From IMG/VR virus record IMGVR_UViG_2703718843_000007: a stretch of DNA of 19,983 nt; one strand, given 5' to 3'. The notes beneath the pieces are model-generated. The model saw only the letters and a list, made by a program, of their open reading frames with translations, made no database searches and was not told the origin of the DNA. Made by a program: the position numbers and the translations under genes. Every line of letters starts with the position of its first letter. Within the stretch, counting starts at the first letter, position 1. Source of the stretch: a virus (Duplodnaviria > Heunggongvirae > Uroviricota > Caudoviricetes). This document shows, one piece after another, positions 9,606-17,091 of the stretch.

Positions 9606-9968
9606 TCATTCATTCCCCATTTCGGTGATGGTCAGTTCCAGCCTCCCACCTTTGGTAACAGGCATCTTCACAACGCGGTAATCAACGACCTGAGCATCAT
9701 CCAGCCAGAAACCTGCTTTGGTGAGTGCGTCAAAAGCGGCTTTTTGCAGATTATCCAGGTCACGGCGACGGCGATCCGGCATGTGGCACTCAATACGGAT
9801 TTTCACTGGCATAGCCAGGCCGATATCCAGCATTGCGTTTTTAATGATTCGGGTGACGTTATCGCGGTATGCCTGCCCTTCTGCGCTGATGTGTGTGCGC
9901 CCGCGATTATGGCGGTAATAGCGATTATTGCTCGGAGGCCAGGGTAATGTGATGCTGTAGGTATTCAC
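9606..9968 (-). CDS. rusA: RusA Holliday-junction resolvase
   Basis: 120 aa [38 protein letters not shown]... Confidence 0.95.
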   Translation of the reverse strand: MNTYSITLPWPPSNNRYYRHNRGRTHISAEGQAYRDNVTRIIKNAMLDIGLAMPVKIRIECHMPDRRRRDLDNLQKAAFDALTKAGFWLDDAQVVDYRVVKMPVTKGGRLELTITEMGNE

Positions 9969-10255
9969 GCCTTAATAACCCCCTCTTTCAGCCAGATAAC
10001 CTGTGTTCTCGCCATACCTTCCAGCGCGCATTCTTTTGCATATGCAGCATCGACAAAATGTGTGCGGCGGTCGATTTCGTCGTGGCAGGCAGAACATGCA
10101 ATGGTGGCAATCAGGTCTGGCGGTTTCGTACCGGTGCCGCACAATCCAGTCAGCCGGATATGTGCCAGTACAGACGTTTCAGGGTTGCCATTACATACGC
10201 CAGGGATTCTTACCTGGCATTCCCGACCACGCGCTGCTTTTCTCAAATCAGCCAT
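9965..10255 (-). CDS. ybcO: YbcO-like protein (DUF1364, predicted nuclease)
   Basis: 96 aa from ATG 10255 ([34 protein letters not shown]...[11 protein letters not shown]...). The ORF track start at 10294 is an upstream extension. Confidence 0.85.
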   Translation of the reverse strand: MADLRKAARGRECQVRIPGVCNGNPETSVLAHIRLTGLCGTGTKPPDLIATIACSACHDEIDRRTHFVDAAYAKECALEGMARTQVIWLKEGVIKA

Positions 10256-10418
10256 GACTCCTCCTTGCTGCCAGTCGCAACCATTTTTTATCAACCAGGC
10301 TGGCGGTATATCCGAGCAGTGTTGGTATTTCGGAAGGCTTCAGCTCCGGTTTACGCTTACGACGATTTGGTACTCTGTAGATGTGTCCGTTCATGACACG
10401 AATAAGCGGTGTAGCCAT
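10248..10418 (-). CDS. ninE: NinE-like small protein
   Basis: 56 aa [56 protein letters not shown], translated by hand; start overlaps ybcN stop (TAATG), stop overlaps ybcO start. Confidence 0.75.
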   Translation of the reverse strand: MATPLIRVMNGHIYRVPNRRKRKPELKPSEIPTLLGYTASLVDKKWLRLAARRSHG

Positions 10419-10873
10419 TACGCCTCCTGTTTGTCGCGGAGCTGCTGGAACTCGCAGCTCTGCGGAATAGTCAGGTGGCAGCCAATATTCACCGCCCAGG
10501 CTTCAACCTTACACAGGAAGATATACATCTCTCCGGTATCAAGATCGGAGGTATGGCGTAACGACTGGATAGTAGTGATTTCGCCGGTTACGACATCAAC
10601 CAGGTCCTTGGTTTCATAACCGAGGTATGTGTGTTTGAGAGCATCTTTTACCCATGCTGCGGTAGCGAACGATTTCCCCCTGCTGATGAGGTATTCACTG
10701 ATTTCGCTGTACCACATGTGGCTGAGTGCATTCTGGGAAAGACTGCGTTTCTCACGCCACGGTTTAAGCACCATGCGAAAGCATTTTCCGTCCTCCAGAT
10801 AAGGCTGGATCTGCTGGCCGATAGCGGTGAAGTTACCGCGATGCAGTTTGATGCCATCTTGTGGTAGGTTCAC
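10418..10873 (-). CDS. ybcN: YbcN-like protein (DUF1367)
   Basis: 151 aa; GTG start at 10873 preceded by GGAGG; [50 protein letters not shown]... Confidence 0.85.
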   Translation of the reverse strand: MNLPQDGIKLHRGNFTAIGQQIQPYLEDGKCFRMVLKPWREKRSLSQNALSHMWYSEISEYLISRGKSFATAAWVKDALKHTYLGYETKDLVDVVTGEITTIQSLRHTSDLDTGEMYIFLCKVEAWAVNIGCHLTIPQSCEFQQLRDKQEA

Positions 10874-11063
10874 GCTTCACCTCCGCAGAGGTCAGACGCT
10901 GGATGCAAAAAATCGCAGGTGCATTTCTGCATCTGTGAAGGGAGAAGAGAGTTTGGATTGTATGTGCGCATAAACGTCCCCGTTTAGCGCAGAAGTCACC
11001 GGAGTTGTTCAAGCTCCGATGACTTTATTATTACGAATTGATTTTACAAAATCAAAAGGTATG

Positions 11064-11516
11064 TTAGTGACGCGGGTCTGTTATTATGCGAGAAGGGGTT
11101 CCGTATAAAACAAGGACCTTACTTCCTTGAGTAAATAACGGATCTTTGCCTTGAACAATGGTCATTAAATTCCCATTCTCAGTTTCGACAACATATTCCA
11201 TGCCTGTTTGTTTTGTTGCTGAAGATTCGATTGCTGCCCCGGCAATACCACCAATGACTGCACCACCAACGGCACCAACGATATTAGAACGAACTCCCCC
11301 ACCAAGCGCAGAACCAGCGGTTGCCCCCACGGCAGCCCCAGCAGTCCCGCCTAACGCGGAAGTCCCACTGATATCAACCCCCCTAGCACTAATAACTGTA
11401 CCAGCGATAGTTCGATTAACCATGCCCACAGAGCCAACAGAATAACTATTTGGCGATATATTTTGTGCGCATCCAACCAACACTAAGAGTGGAGCAATTA
11501 CGAATAATCGCTTCAT
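11064..11516 (-). CDS. Lipoprotein with glycine-zipper segment (SlyB/Pcp/17-kDa-antigen-like architecture), function unknown
   Basis: 150 aa MKRLFVIAPLLVLVGCAQ... (lipobox LVGC), Gly/Ala-rich zipper GGTAGAAVGATAGSALGGGVRSNIVGAVGGAVIGGIAGAAI, then C-terminal beta-rich segment. Start overlaps the stop of the upstream lipoprotein gene (ATGA). Confidence 0.8.
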   Translation of the reverse strand: MKRLFVIAPLLVLVGCAQNISPNSYSVGSVGMVNRTIAGTVISARGVDISGTSALGGTAGAAVGATAGSALGGGVRSNIVGAVGGAVIGGIAGAAIESSATKQTGMEYVVETENGNLMTIVQGKDPLFTQGSKVLVLYGTPSRIITDPRH

Positions 11517-12073
11517 TTAGCTACCCTAACAGGAAACATTGGACGAGAAAGATCAACACTTTCTAATGCTTGCAAGAACTGCGTTATGTTGTTTTGCACC
11601 GCGCGATTAACAGATTCGCGTGCTCGAACAATACCGTAGAATGCGTAACTGGCTGGAACAGTACCGGTAGACTCAATATCCTGCGTATATATAATATCAC
11701 CATTCGCACGGTTGATTATTTCATACCTTGCAATTGCTTTAGTTGTCATTGAAACACCAAAAGCAGGAACGTCAAGAGCCAACACTTTAACATTTAAGCT
11801 AACCGTATTTGGTGAACTATCACGAAAAATAGTCATTCGGTCGAGTGCTTCCTGCAAAGATTCACGCCAAATTGGAGTTATAGCCTCCATACCAGCAGTG
11901 ATATCCCCTTTCTGCTCATCTGGACGAGCAAGTGATACCGTTAATGACTTAATTTCAGCATCTATTTTTTTCTGGCTAACTCCCACGTTAGGTGTTGAAA
12001 AATTCAATGGTGGCACACTAGCGCAACCTGTTAAAGAACCAATAATCATGGCTAATAATATTATCTTCTTCAT
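11513..12073 (-). CDS. Lipoprotein, function unknown; first gene of a two-gene lipoprotein operon
   Basis: 186 aa MKKIILLAMIIGSLTGCAS... (lipobox LTGC); AAGGT RBS 8 nt upstream of ATG 12073. AT-richer than the flanking phage genes. No family recognised by eye. Confidence 0.8.
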   Translation of the reverse strand: MKKIILLAMIIGSLTGCASVPPLNFSTPNVGVSQKKIDAEIKSLTVSLARPDEQKGDITAGMEAITPIWRESLQEALDRMTIFRDSSPNTVSLNVKVLALDVPAFGVSMTTKAIARYEIINRANGDIIYTQDIESTGTVPASYAFYGIVRARESVNRAVQNNITQFLQALESVDLSRPMFPVRVAK

Positions 12074-12329
12074 AAATTTACCTTATTGTTATAACCAAAG
12101 GAATTATAAAGTAAAAAAGTTCACTATCACTAGCCATTAACGACATCAATTTCAGAGAAACATGGTACTCATTTCCACAAATTTGACACAAGTCATTTTC
12201 ACCTACATATTCCATCATACTTGATGCATATGTTATTGAAGCCTCTATCCTATCCGTTCATAATAGCAATAGTTACCCGGGTGATAGTACCTCTATGATT
12301 ACTCGTCTTTCTGATTGATTGGATTAAAT

Positions 12330-12521
12330 ATGCGCGCCAAAATTTATCAACTTTCGTTATGGATATTTATTTCGTTTCTAGCGATCTATGCCTTTATTAT
12401 CTATAAAGGTTCTTATATTGGAGTAGCATTGCATCAAATTGCTTGGATCATCATTATTGCCTCTGGCTTGATTGCTAGGCTAACTAAACCAAAGCAAAAA
12501 CCAATTTCGTCCAATAATTAG
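12330..12521 (+). CDS. Small predicted two-helix membrane protein, divergent from the lipoprotein operon; hypothetical
   Basis: 63 aa from ATG 12330: MRAKIYQLSLWIFISFLAIYAFIIYKGSYIGVALHQIAWIIIIASGLIARLTKPKQKPISSNN. Two hydrophobic stretches, basic C-terminus; weak RBS. The ORF track starts at a TTG at 12315. Confidence 0.4.
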   Translation: MRAKIYQLSLWIFISFLAIYAFIIYKGSYIGVALHQIAWIIIIASGLIARLTKPKQKPISSNN

Positions 12522-12680
12522 ACATGTATTAAAAAAATGATATTTTTATGTACATAGTCTATTGAAAATTGCCGCGATAAAATGCCAACACCCGCTTCAT
12601 CGCGGCACTCTGGCGACACTCCTTGAAAATCAGATTCGTGCTCACCTTTCCTTCCCGTTCTTCCCTGGTAGCGAACCGGT

Positions 12681-13127
12681 AATCATCCGATCTGCGTTAC
12701 CGAGTGGATGGATGAATGCCGCCGCGAACCATTCAAAACCCGCGAAGGCAGAGAAATTACGGGGCCGTGGCAGTCGCATCCCAAACGGATGTTACGGCAT
12801 AAAGCCATGATTCAGTGTGCCCGTCTGGCCTTCGGATTTGCTGGTATCTATGACAAGGATGAAGCCGAGCGCATTGTCGAAAATACCGCATACACCGCAG
12901 AACGTCAGCCGGAACGCGACATTACTCCGGTTAACGATGAAACCATGCAGGAGATTAACACTCTGCTGATTGCCCTGGACAAAACATGGGATGACGACTT
13001 ATTGCCGCTCTGTTCCCAGATATTTCGCCGCGACATTCGCGCATCGTCAGAACTGACACAGGCCGAAGCAGTGAAAGCTCTTGGATTCCTGAAACAGAAA
13101 GCCACTGAGCAGAAGGTGGCAGCATGA
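12681..13127 (+). pseudogene. bet: bet (Red-beta single-strand annealing protein), C-terminal ~149 codons only; N-terminal ~110 codons replaced by unrelated DNA
   Basis: In-frame translation from ~12681 reads NHPICVTEWMDECRREPFKTREGREITGPWQSHPKRMLRHKAMIQCARLAFGFAGIYDK...[17 protein letters not shown], matching lambda Bet C-terminus as recalled. Upstream in-frame stop at 12669-12671; stop overlaps exo start (ATGA). Confidence 0.85.
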
Positions 13128-13804
13128 CACCGGACATTATCCTGCAGCGTACCGGGATCGACGTGAGAGCTGTCGAACAGGGGGATGATGCATGGCACAA
13201 ATTACGGCTCGGCGTCATCACCGCTTCAGAAGTTCACAACGTGATAGCCAAGCCCCGCTCAGGAAAGAAGTGGCCTGACATGAAAATGTCCTACTTCCAC
13301 ACCCTGCTGGCTGAGGTTTGCACCGGTGTGGCTCCGGAAGTTAATGCTAAGGCGCTGGCATGGGGAAAACAGTACGAGAACGACGCCAGAACCCTGTTTG
13401 AATTCACTTCCGGCGTGAATGTTACTGAATCCCCGATCATCTATCGCGACGAAAGTATGCGCACCGCCTGCTCTCCCGATGGTTTATGCAGTGACGGCAA
13501 TGGCCTTGAGCTGAAATGCCCGTTTACCTCCCGGGATTTCATGAAGTTCCGGCTCGGTGGTTTCGAGGCCATAAAGTCGGCTTACATGGCCCAGGTGCAG
13601 TACAGCATGTGGGTGACACGAAAAGATGCCTGGTACTTTGCCAACTATGACCCGCGTATGAAGCGTGAAGGACTGCATTATGTCGTGGTTGAGCGGGATG
13701 AAAAGTACATGGCGAGTTTTGACGAGATGGTGCCGGTGTTCATCGAAAAAATGGACGAGGCACTGGCTGAAATTGGTTTTGTATTTGGGGAGCAATGGCG
13801 ATGA
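13124..13804 (+). CDS. exo: Lambda exonuclease (Red-alpha)
   Basis: 226 aa [68 protein letters not shown]...GFVFGEQWR; near-identical to lambda Exo as recalled. Confidence 0.95.
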   Translation: MTPDIILQRTGIDVRAVEQGDDAWHKLRLGVITASEVHNVIAKPRSGKKWPDMKMSYFHTLLAEVCTGVAPEVNAKALAWGKQYENDARTLFEFTSGVNVTESPIIYRDESMRTACSPDGLCSDGNGLELKCPFTSRDFMKFRLGGFEAIKSAYMAQVQYSMWVTRKDAWYFANYDPRMKREGLHYVVVERDEKYMASFDEMVPVFIEKMDEALAEIGFVFGEQWR

Positions 13805-13983
13805 CGCATCCTCACGATAATATCCGGGTAGGCGCAATCACTTTCGTCTACTCCGTTACAAAGCGAGGCTGGGTATTTCCCGGCCTTTCTGTTATCCGAA
13901 ATCCACTGAAAGCACAGCGGCTGGCTGAGGAGATAAATAATAAACGAGGGGCTGTATGCACAAAGCATCTCCTGTTGAGTTAA
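13801..13983 (+). CDS. Lambda orf60a-like hypothetical protein
   Basis: 60 aa from ATG 13801 (ATGA overlap with exo stop): [60 protein letters not shown]. Confidence 0.7.
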   Translation: MTHPHDNIRVGAITFVYSVTKRGWVFPGLSVIRNPLKAQRLAEEINNKRGAVCTKHLLLS

Positions 13984-14147
13984 GAACGAGTATCGAGATG
14001 GCACATAGCCTTGCTCAAATTGGAATCAGGTTTGTGCCAATACCAGTAGAAACAGACGAAGAATTTCATACGTTAGCCACATCCCTTTCACAAAAACTGG
14101 AAATGATGGTGGCGAAAGCAGAAGCAGATGAGAGAGACCAGGTATGA
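13956..14147 (+). CDS. Lambda orf63-like hypothetical protein
   Basis: 63 aa [63 protein letters not shown]. Confidence 0.7.
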   Translation: MHKASPVELRTSIEMAHSLAQIGIRFVPIPVETDEEFHTLATSLSQKLEMMVAKAEADERDQV

Positions 14148-14157
14148 CAACCACTGA

Positions 14158-14439
14158 ATGCATTTTTCTGGCAGCGGGCTTCATATTCTGTGTGCTTATG
14201 CTTGCCGACATGGGGCTTGTTCAGTGACACCTCAGCAGGAAAACGCCCTTCGCAGCATTGCCCGTCAGGCTAATTCTGAAATCAAAAAAGCCAGACAGCA
14301 GTTTCCGGATAAAAACGTCGATGACATTTGCCGTAGCGTACTGAAGAAGCACCGCGAAACGGTAACGCTGATGGGATTCACACCGACTCATTTAAGTCTA
14401 GCAATCGGCATGTTAAACGGCGTTTTTAAGGAACGGTGA
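14158..14439 (+). CDS. Hypothetical protein in the lambda orf61 position; start uncertain
   Basis: 93-codon ORF from ATG 14158 ending ...TLMGFTPTHLSLAIGMLNGVFKER. Length does not fit a 61-aa product, so start or frame relative to lambda is unclear. Confidence 0.4.
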   Translation: MHFSGSGLHILCAYACRHGACSVTPQQENALRSIARQANSEIKKARQQFPDKNVDDICRSVLKKHRETVTLMGFTPTHLSLAIGMLNGVFKER

Positions 14440-14537
14440 ACATGAAAAGCAAAATCATCAGGGAGCTACAGGCTCCTTTTTTATTATTCGCATTCACCCT
14501 CAAGCGTATTAACCAACAATTCAGGGATTAATGAAAG

Positions 14538-14759
14538 ATGGCAGACATCATTGATTCAGCATCAGAAATTGAAGAATTACAGCGCAACACAGCAATAAAA
14601 ATGCGCCGCCTGAACCACCAGGCTATATCTGCCACTCATTGTTGTGAGTGTGGCGATCCGATAGATGAACGAAGACGCCTGGCCGTTCAGGGTTGTCGGA
14701 CTTGTGCAAGTTGCCAGGAGGATCTGGAACTTATCAGTAAACAGAGAGGTTCGAAGTGA
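14538..14759 (+). CDS. TraR/DksA-family C4 zinc-finger protein (lambda orf73 type)
   Basis: 73 aa MADIIDSASEIEELQRNTAIKMRRLNHQAISATHCCECGDPIDERRRLAVQGCRTCASCQEDLELISKQRGSK with CxxC...CxxC motif. Confidence 0.8.
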   Translation: MADIIDSASEIEELQRNTAIKMRRLNHQAISATHCCECGDPIDERRRLAVQGCRTCASCQEDLELISKQRGSK

Positions 14760-15178
14760 GCGTAATTCACTCTCAGGCACTGCGTGAAGCGGCAGAGCAG
14801 GCAATGCATGACAACTGGGGATTTGACGCGGACCTTTTCCATGAGCTGGTAACACCATCGATTGTGCTGACACTGCTGGATGAACGGGAAAGAAACCAGC
14901 AGTACATCAAACGCCGCGACCAGGAGAACGAGGATATTGCGCTAACGGTGAGGAAACTGCGTGTTGAGCTGGAGACAGCAAAAATCAAAACTCAACGAGC
15001 AGCGTGAGTAGAAGGTGTTATCTCGGATGGAAGTAAGCGTATTGCTGAACTGGAGGCCTGGGTTGAATACACAAGAGCTGCATACGTAAGAGCAAAAGAC
15101 AAGGGAGATTTGATCAGAGTTATTACCCGACAACCAACGGGATTTTACGCTTACGTACCATGTAATTAGGAATCCTTG
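14756..15178 (+). pseudogene. ea22: ea22-like gene interrupted by an in-frame TGA (15005-15007) and truncated at its 3' end by an AT-rich insertion
   Basis: GTG start overlapping orf73 stop; 83 codons MSVIHSQALREAAEQAMHDNWGFDADLFHELVTPSIVLTLLDERERNQQYIKRRDQENEDIALTVRKLRVELETAKIKTQRAA, then TGA, then 56 more sense codons in the same frame (VEGVISDGSKRIAELEAWVEYTRAAYVRAKDKGDLIRV...) to a stop at 15176-15178. Confidence 0.6.
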
Positions 15179-15305
15179 AAGTGGCAGCCTAACTGCGGAT
15201 ACACTGAAATGGCGATTTGGTAACATGTTTCGCACAAGGCTGTTACTACGCTTAAAGATAATCAGCCATGATTAAACGCTTTGTAAAAAGTAAAAGGAAA
15301 TTACA

Positions 15306-15920
15306 ATGAAAAAATCAATACTAATTTTAGGGCTTACGTTAATTGTCTCATCTCAAATACCATCGGCAATGGCAAAAAATGAATCAAGACTTTGGGTTGT
15401 TGTTGATCGAACGGAAAGACATACCTGCCCTTCAAGTAAATGTGGAGTGGCTGGGAAACTATTTTTCAGGGAAGGCGTAGATTTTCTAGAAAAAAAAGGT
15501 GAATGGGTTCGTATAACTGAGCCATATTCAGCCTCATGTGTGGGAGGGGAAAGCGAATATATTAAAGAAGGTAATAAATCCTGCACAAGAAAAAACGGAA
15601 TCGTCAATGGCAAGTTTTCAGAATGGGTTAAACTTAGTGATCTTAGCAGTGAAAGGCCATCAGATCCTGCTGAAAATGCGAGCGGAGATGATACTTTAAT
15701 CAAAGGATCTGATGACTACCGTATATACAAAAAAGAGTTTTCTTCGGCAGCTAGGAAGTTAATAAACGAAGGGGTCTGCACGGAAAGCGACTTTAAGGAA
15801 ATCGGAGGGTGGATGGCATCAAGCAATAAGGGTAAAAACATCTATTTCACATATTGCGGAGGAATGACGTTGTCGAACAGAATATACCTAGACGTTAAAA
15901 GTGGAAAGACTTTTAGATAA
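15306..15920 (+). CDS. Secreted/periplasmic cysteine-containing protein of unknown function (moron inserted into the ea22 region)
   Basis: 204 aa; AAGGA RBS 7 nt upstream; Sec-type signal peptide MKKSILILGLTLIVSSQIPSAMA with AxA cleavage motif; 6 Cys in mature part; AT-rich; followed by a terminator. Confidence 0.8.
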   Translation: MKKSILILGLTLIVSSQIPSAMAKNESRLWVVVDRTERHTCPSSKCGVAGKLFFREGVDFLEKKGEWVRITEPYSASCVGGESEYIKEGNKSCTRKNGIVNGKFSEWVKLSDLSSERPSDPAENASGDDTLIKGSDDYRIYKKEFSSAARKLINEGVCTESDFKEIGGWMASSNKGKNIYFTYCGGMTLSNRIYLDVKSGKTFR

Positions 15921-15989
15921 TATGATATTACCAATGACAGTATTAATTTAATGCCTCCATAGAATTATCTCTAGGAAGTATGTATAAGA

Positions 15990-16027
15990 AAAGCCCGCAC
16001 AATGAGCTGCTGCGGGCTTTGTGTTAT
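15990..16027 (+). terminator. Intrinsic terminator after the secreted-protein moron
   Basis: AGCCCGCA-(11-nt loop)-TGCGGGCT followed by TTTGTGTTATT. Confidence 0.55.
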
Positions 16028-16213
16028 TCGCCATATTTTATGAAGCAAATACGACACTATAGATAATTAAGCGTTGCTGGTTGTCGATTCCTCACTCACT
16101 CCTGTTGATGGCTCTCTTCTTGTATGTGCCATTGAAGGGTAATATCGAGTAAAAAGATACCGGAAGTATCCGCGCCGCCATGATTGTCTTTCTCCTAATG
16201 CAGGAAAAGCAGA

Positions 16214-16552
16214 ATGGCTAAATCATCAGCAGAGCGCAAAGTCGATCAGAGAGCCAAGCAAGCATCATCCGGTATGCGTAAGCTGGAGCTTGTACTTGAT
16301 GCTCAGGAAATTGAAATGCTGGATCGTAACTGAGCCACGCGCCGCTTCAGGCATGCGCCTTACGAGTTTGGTGAGTACATCGCGTTACTGAGCCGCCAGG
16401 ATGATGCACGTGTGCGCTGGCGTATAAAATCGATCAGCAGAAAACGTTGCGGTAAGTGCGGCGAGAGAGTTCCTGTTAATTCATGCCCGTGTAATGGTGA
16501 CTCACAATGCTGGGTGACCAAAGGCTGGCACGAAACAAAATTAATGATATAA
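16214..16552 (+). pseudogene. ea8.5-like zinc-ribbon ORF interrupted by a single in-frame TGA (16331-16333)
   Basis: One frame: MAKSSAERKVDQRAKQASSGMRKLELVLDAQEIEMLDRN - TGA - ATRRFRHAPYEFGEYIALLSRQDDARVRWRIKSISRKRCGKCGERVPVNSCPCNGDSQCWVTKGWHETKLMI. The 72 sense codons after the TGA contain no ATG start. Assignment to ea8.5 is by position and cysteine pattern only. Confidence 0.5.
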
Positions 16553-16570
16553 ATCTCTGTGACATGTCAC
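16525..16570 (+). promoter_or_regulatory. Candidate sigma70 promoter (-35 CTGGCA, 17-nt spacer, extended -10 TGaTATAAA) with perfect 12-bp palindrome GTGACATGTCAC (16559..16570) at the predicted start site
   Basis: Hexamers at 16525-16530 and 16548-16553 with TG at 16545-16546; palindrome lies between the -10 and the GGAGG RBS (16571-16575) of the downstream gene. Confidence 0.4.
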
Positions 16571-16580
16571 GGAGGCGGCA

Positions 16581-17009
16581 ATGAAATTAGACCAGCAATA
16601 TCTAAAAGATCTACTTATCGCATTCGAAAAAACTCATGGCCCTGACACGATGCTTAGTGAACTAGAGGATAATGGCTTTAATAGATATGACCAAAATTTT
16701 ATTTTCCATATGCGATTATTATGCGACTACGAATTAATAGTCAGGGTTGATGGAAAACCTGGGTTCGGTCATATAATGTCCAACGAGTTAGGGGAAGGTG
16801 TTGGATATAGTTGGATCGAAGTACCACTGAGGTTGACAGCAAGAGGGCATGATTTTATTGCTGACTTGCGTCAAAAGGAGGTCTGGCAAACTATAAAAAC
16901 AAACTTTAAGGATGAGGGAATTAGTACACTAATAAGTGTTTCAAAATCACTAGCAAAAGGCTTTGCAAGGAAAAAGATAAAAGATATTACAGGAATAGAT
17001 ATTGAATAA
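16581..17009 (+). CDS. Hypothetical cytoplasmic protein, 142 aa (moron between ea8.5-like gene and orf55)
   Basis: GGAGG RBS 5 nt upstream of ATG; MKLDQQYLKDLLIAFEKTHGPDTMLSELEDNGFNRYDQNFIFHMRLLCDYELIVRVDGKPGFGHIMSNELGEGVGYSWIEVPLRLTARGHDFIADLRQKEVWQTIKTNFKDEGISTLISVSKSLAKGFARKKIKDITGIDIE; no signal peptide or transmembrane segment; AT-rich; own terminator. Confidence 0.8.
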   Translation: MKLDQQYLKDLLIAFEKTHGPDTMLSELEDNGFNRYDQNFIFHMRLLCDYELIVRVDGKPGFGHIMSNELGEGVGYSWIEVPLRLTARGHDFIADLRQKEVWQTIKTNFKDEGISTLISVSKSLAKGFARKKIKDITGIDIE

Positions 17010-17051
17010 TTCTTAGCATCAGCAACTACTGCCTTTGGTGGAAATTATATC

Positions 17052-17080
17052 TGAACTCGCTACGGCGAGTTTTGTTTTAT
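17052..17080 (+). terminator. Intrinsic terminator after the 142-aa moron gene
   Basis: GAACTCGC-TACG-GCGAGTT stem-loop followed by TTGTTTTAT. Confidence 0.55.
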
Positions 17081-17091
17081 GGAGATGATAA

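Noticed and set aside
10062-10619. 185-aa ORF on the plus strand, with overlapping 84- and 112-aa ORFs
   Set aside because: Antisense to ybcO, ninE and ybcN, which have recognisable products, coupled start/stop overlaps and RBSs; no RBS or family signal for the antisense frames.
11158-11445. 95-aa Pro/Ala-rich ORF on the plus strand
   Set aside because: Mirror image of the glycine-zipper codons of the minus-strand lipoprotein (GGN read backwards gives Pro/Ala); not independent coding.
11712-12140. 142-aa ORF on the plus strand
   Set aside because: Antisense to the 186-aa lipoprotein gene, which has a lipobox signal peptide, RBS and translational coupling; the plus frame has none.
12562-12810. 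82-aa ORF on the plus strand
   Set aside because: Out of frame with, and overlapping, the bet C-terminal coding sequence; begins in the breakpoint region with no RBS.
14144-14531. Two roughly 28-aa hydrophobic mini-ORFs (14144..14230 and 14442..14531) flanking the orf61-region ORF, each overlapping a neighbour's stop
   Set aside because: Too short and without clear RBS to call; could be frame remnants of the lambda orf61 region. Noted only because the ATGA-type overlaps are suggestive.
16331-16380. Selenocysteine or programmed read-through at the in-frame TGA of the ea8.5-like frame
   Set aside because: No stem-loop resembling a bacterial selenocysteine-insertion element immediately 3' of the TGA (only a weak 4-bp GCGC pairing), and a second unrelated in-frame TGA in ea22 points to mutational decay.
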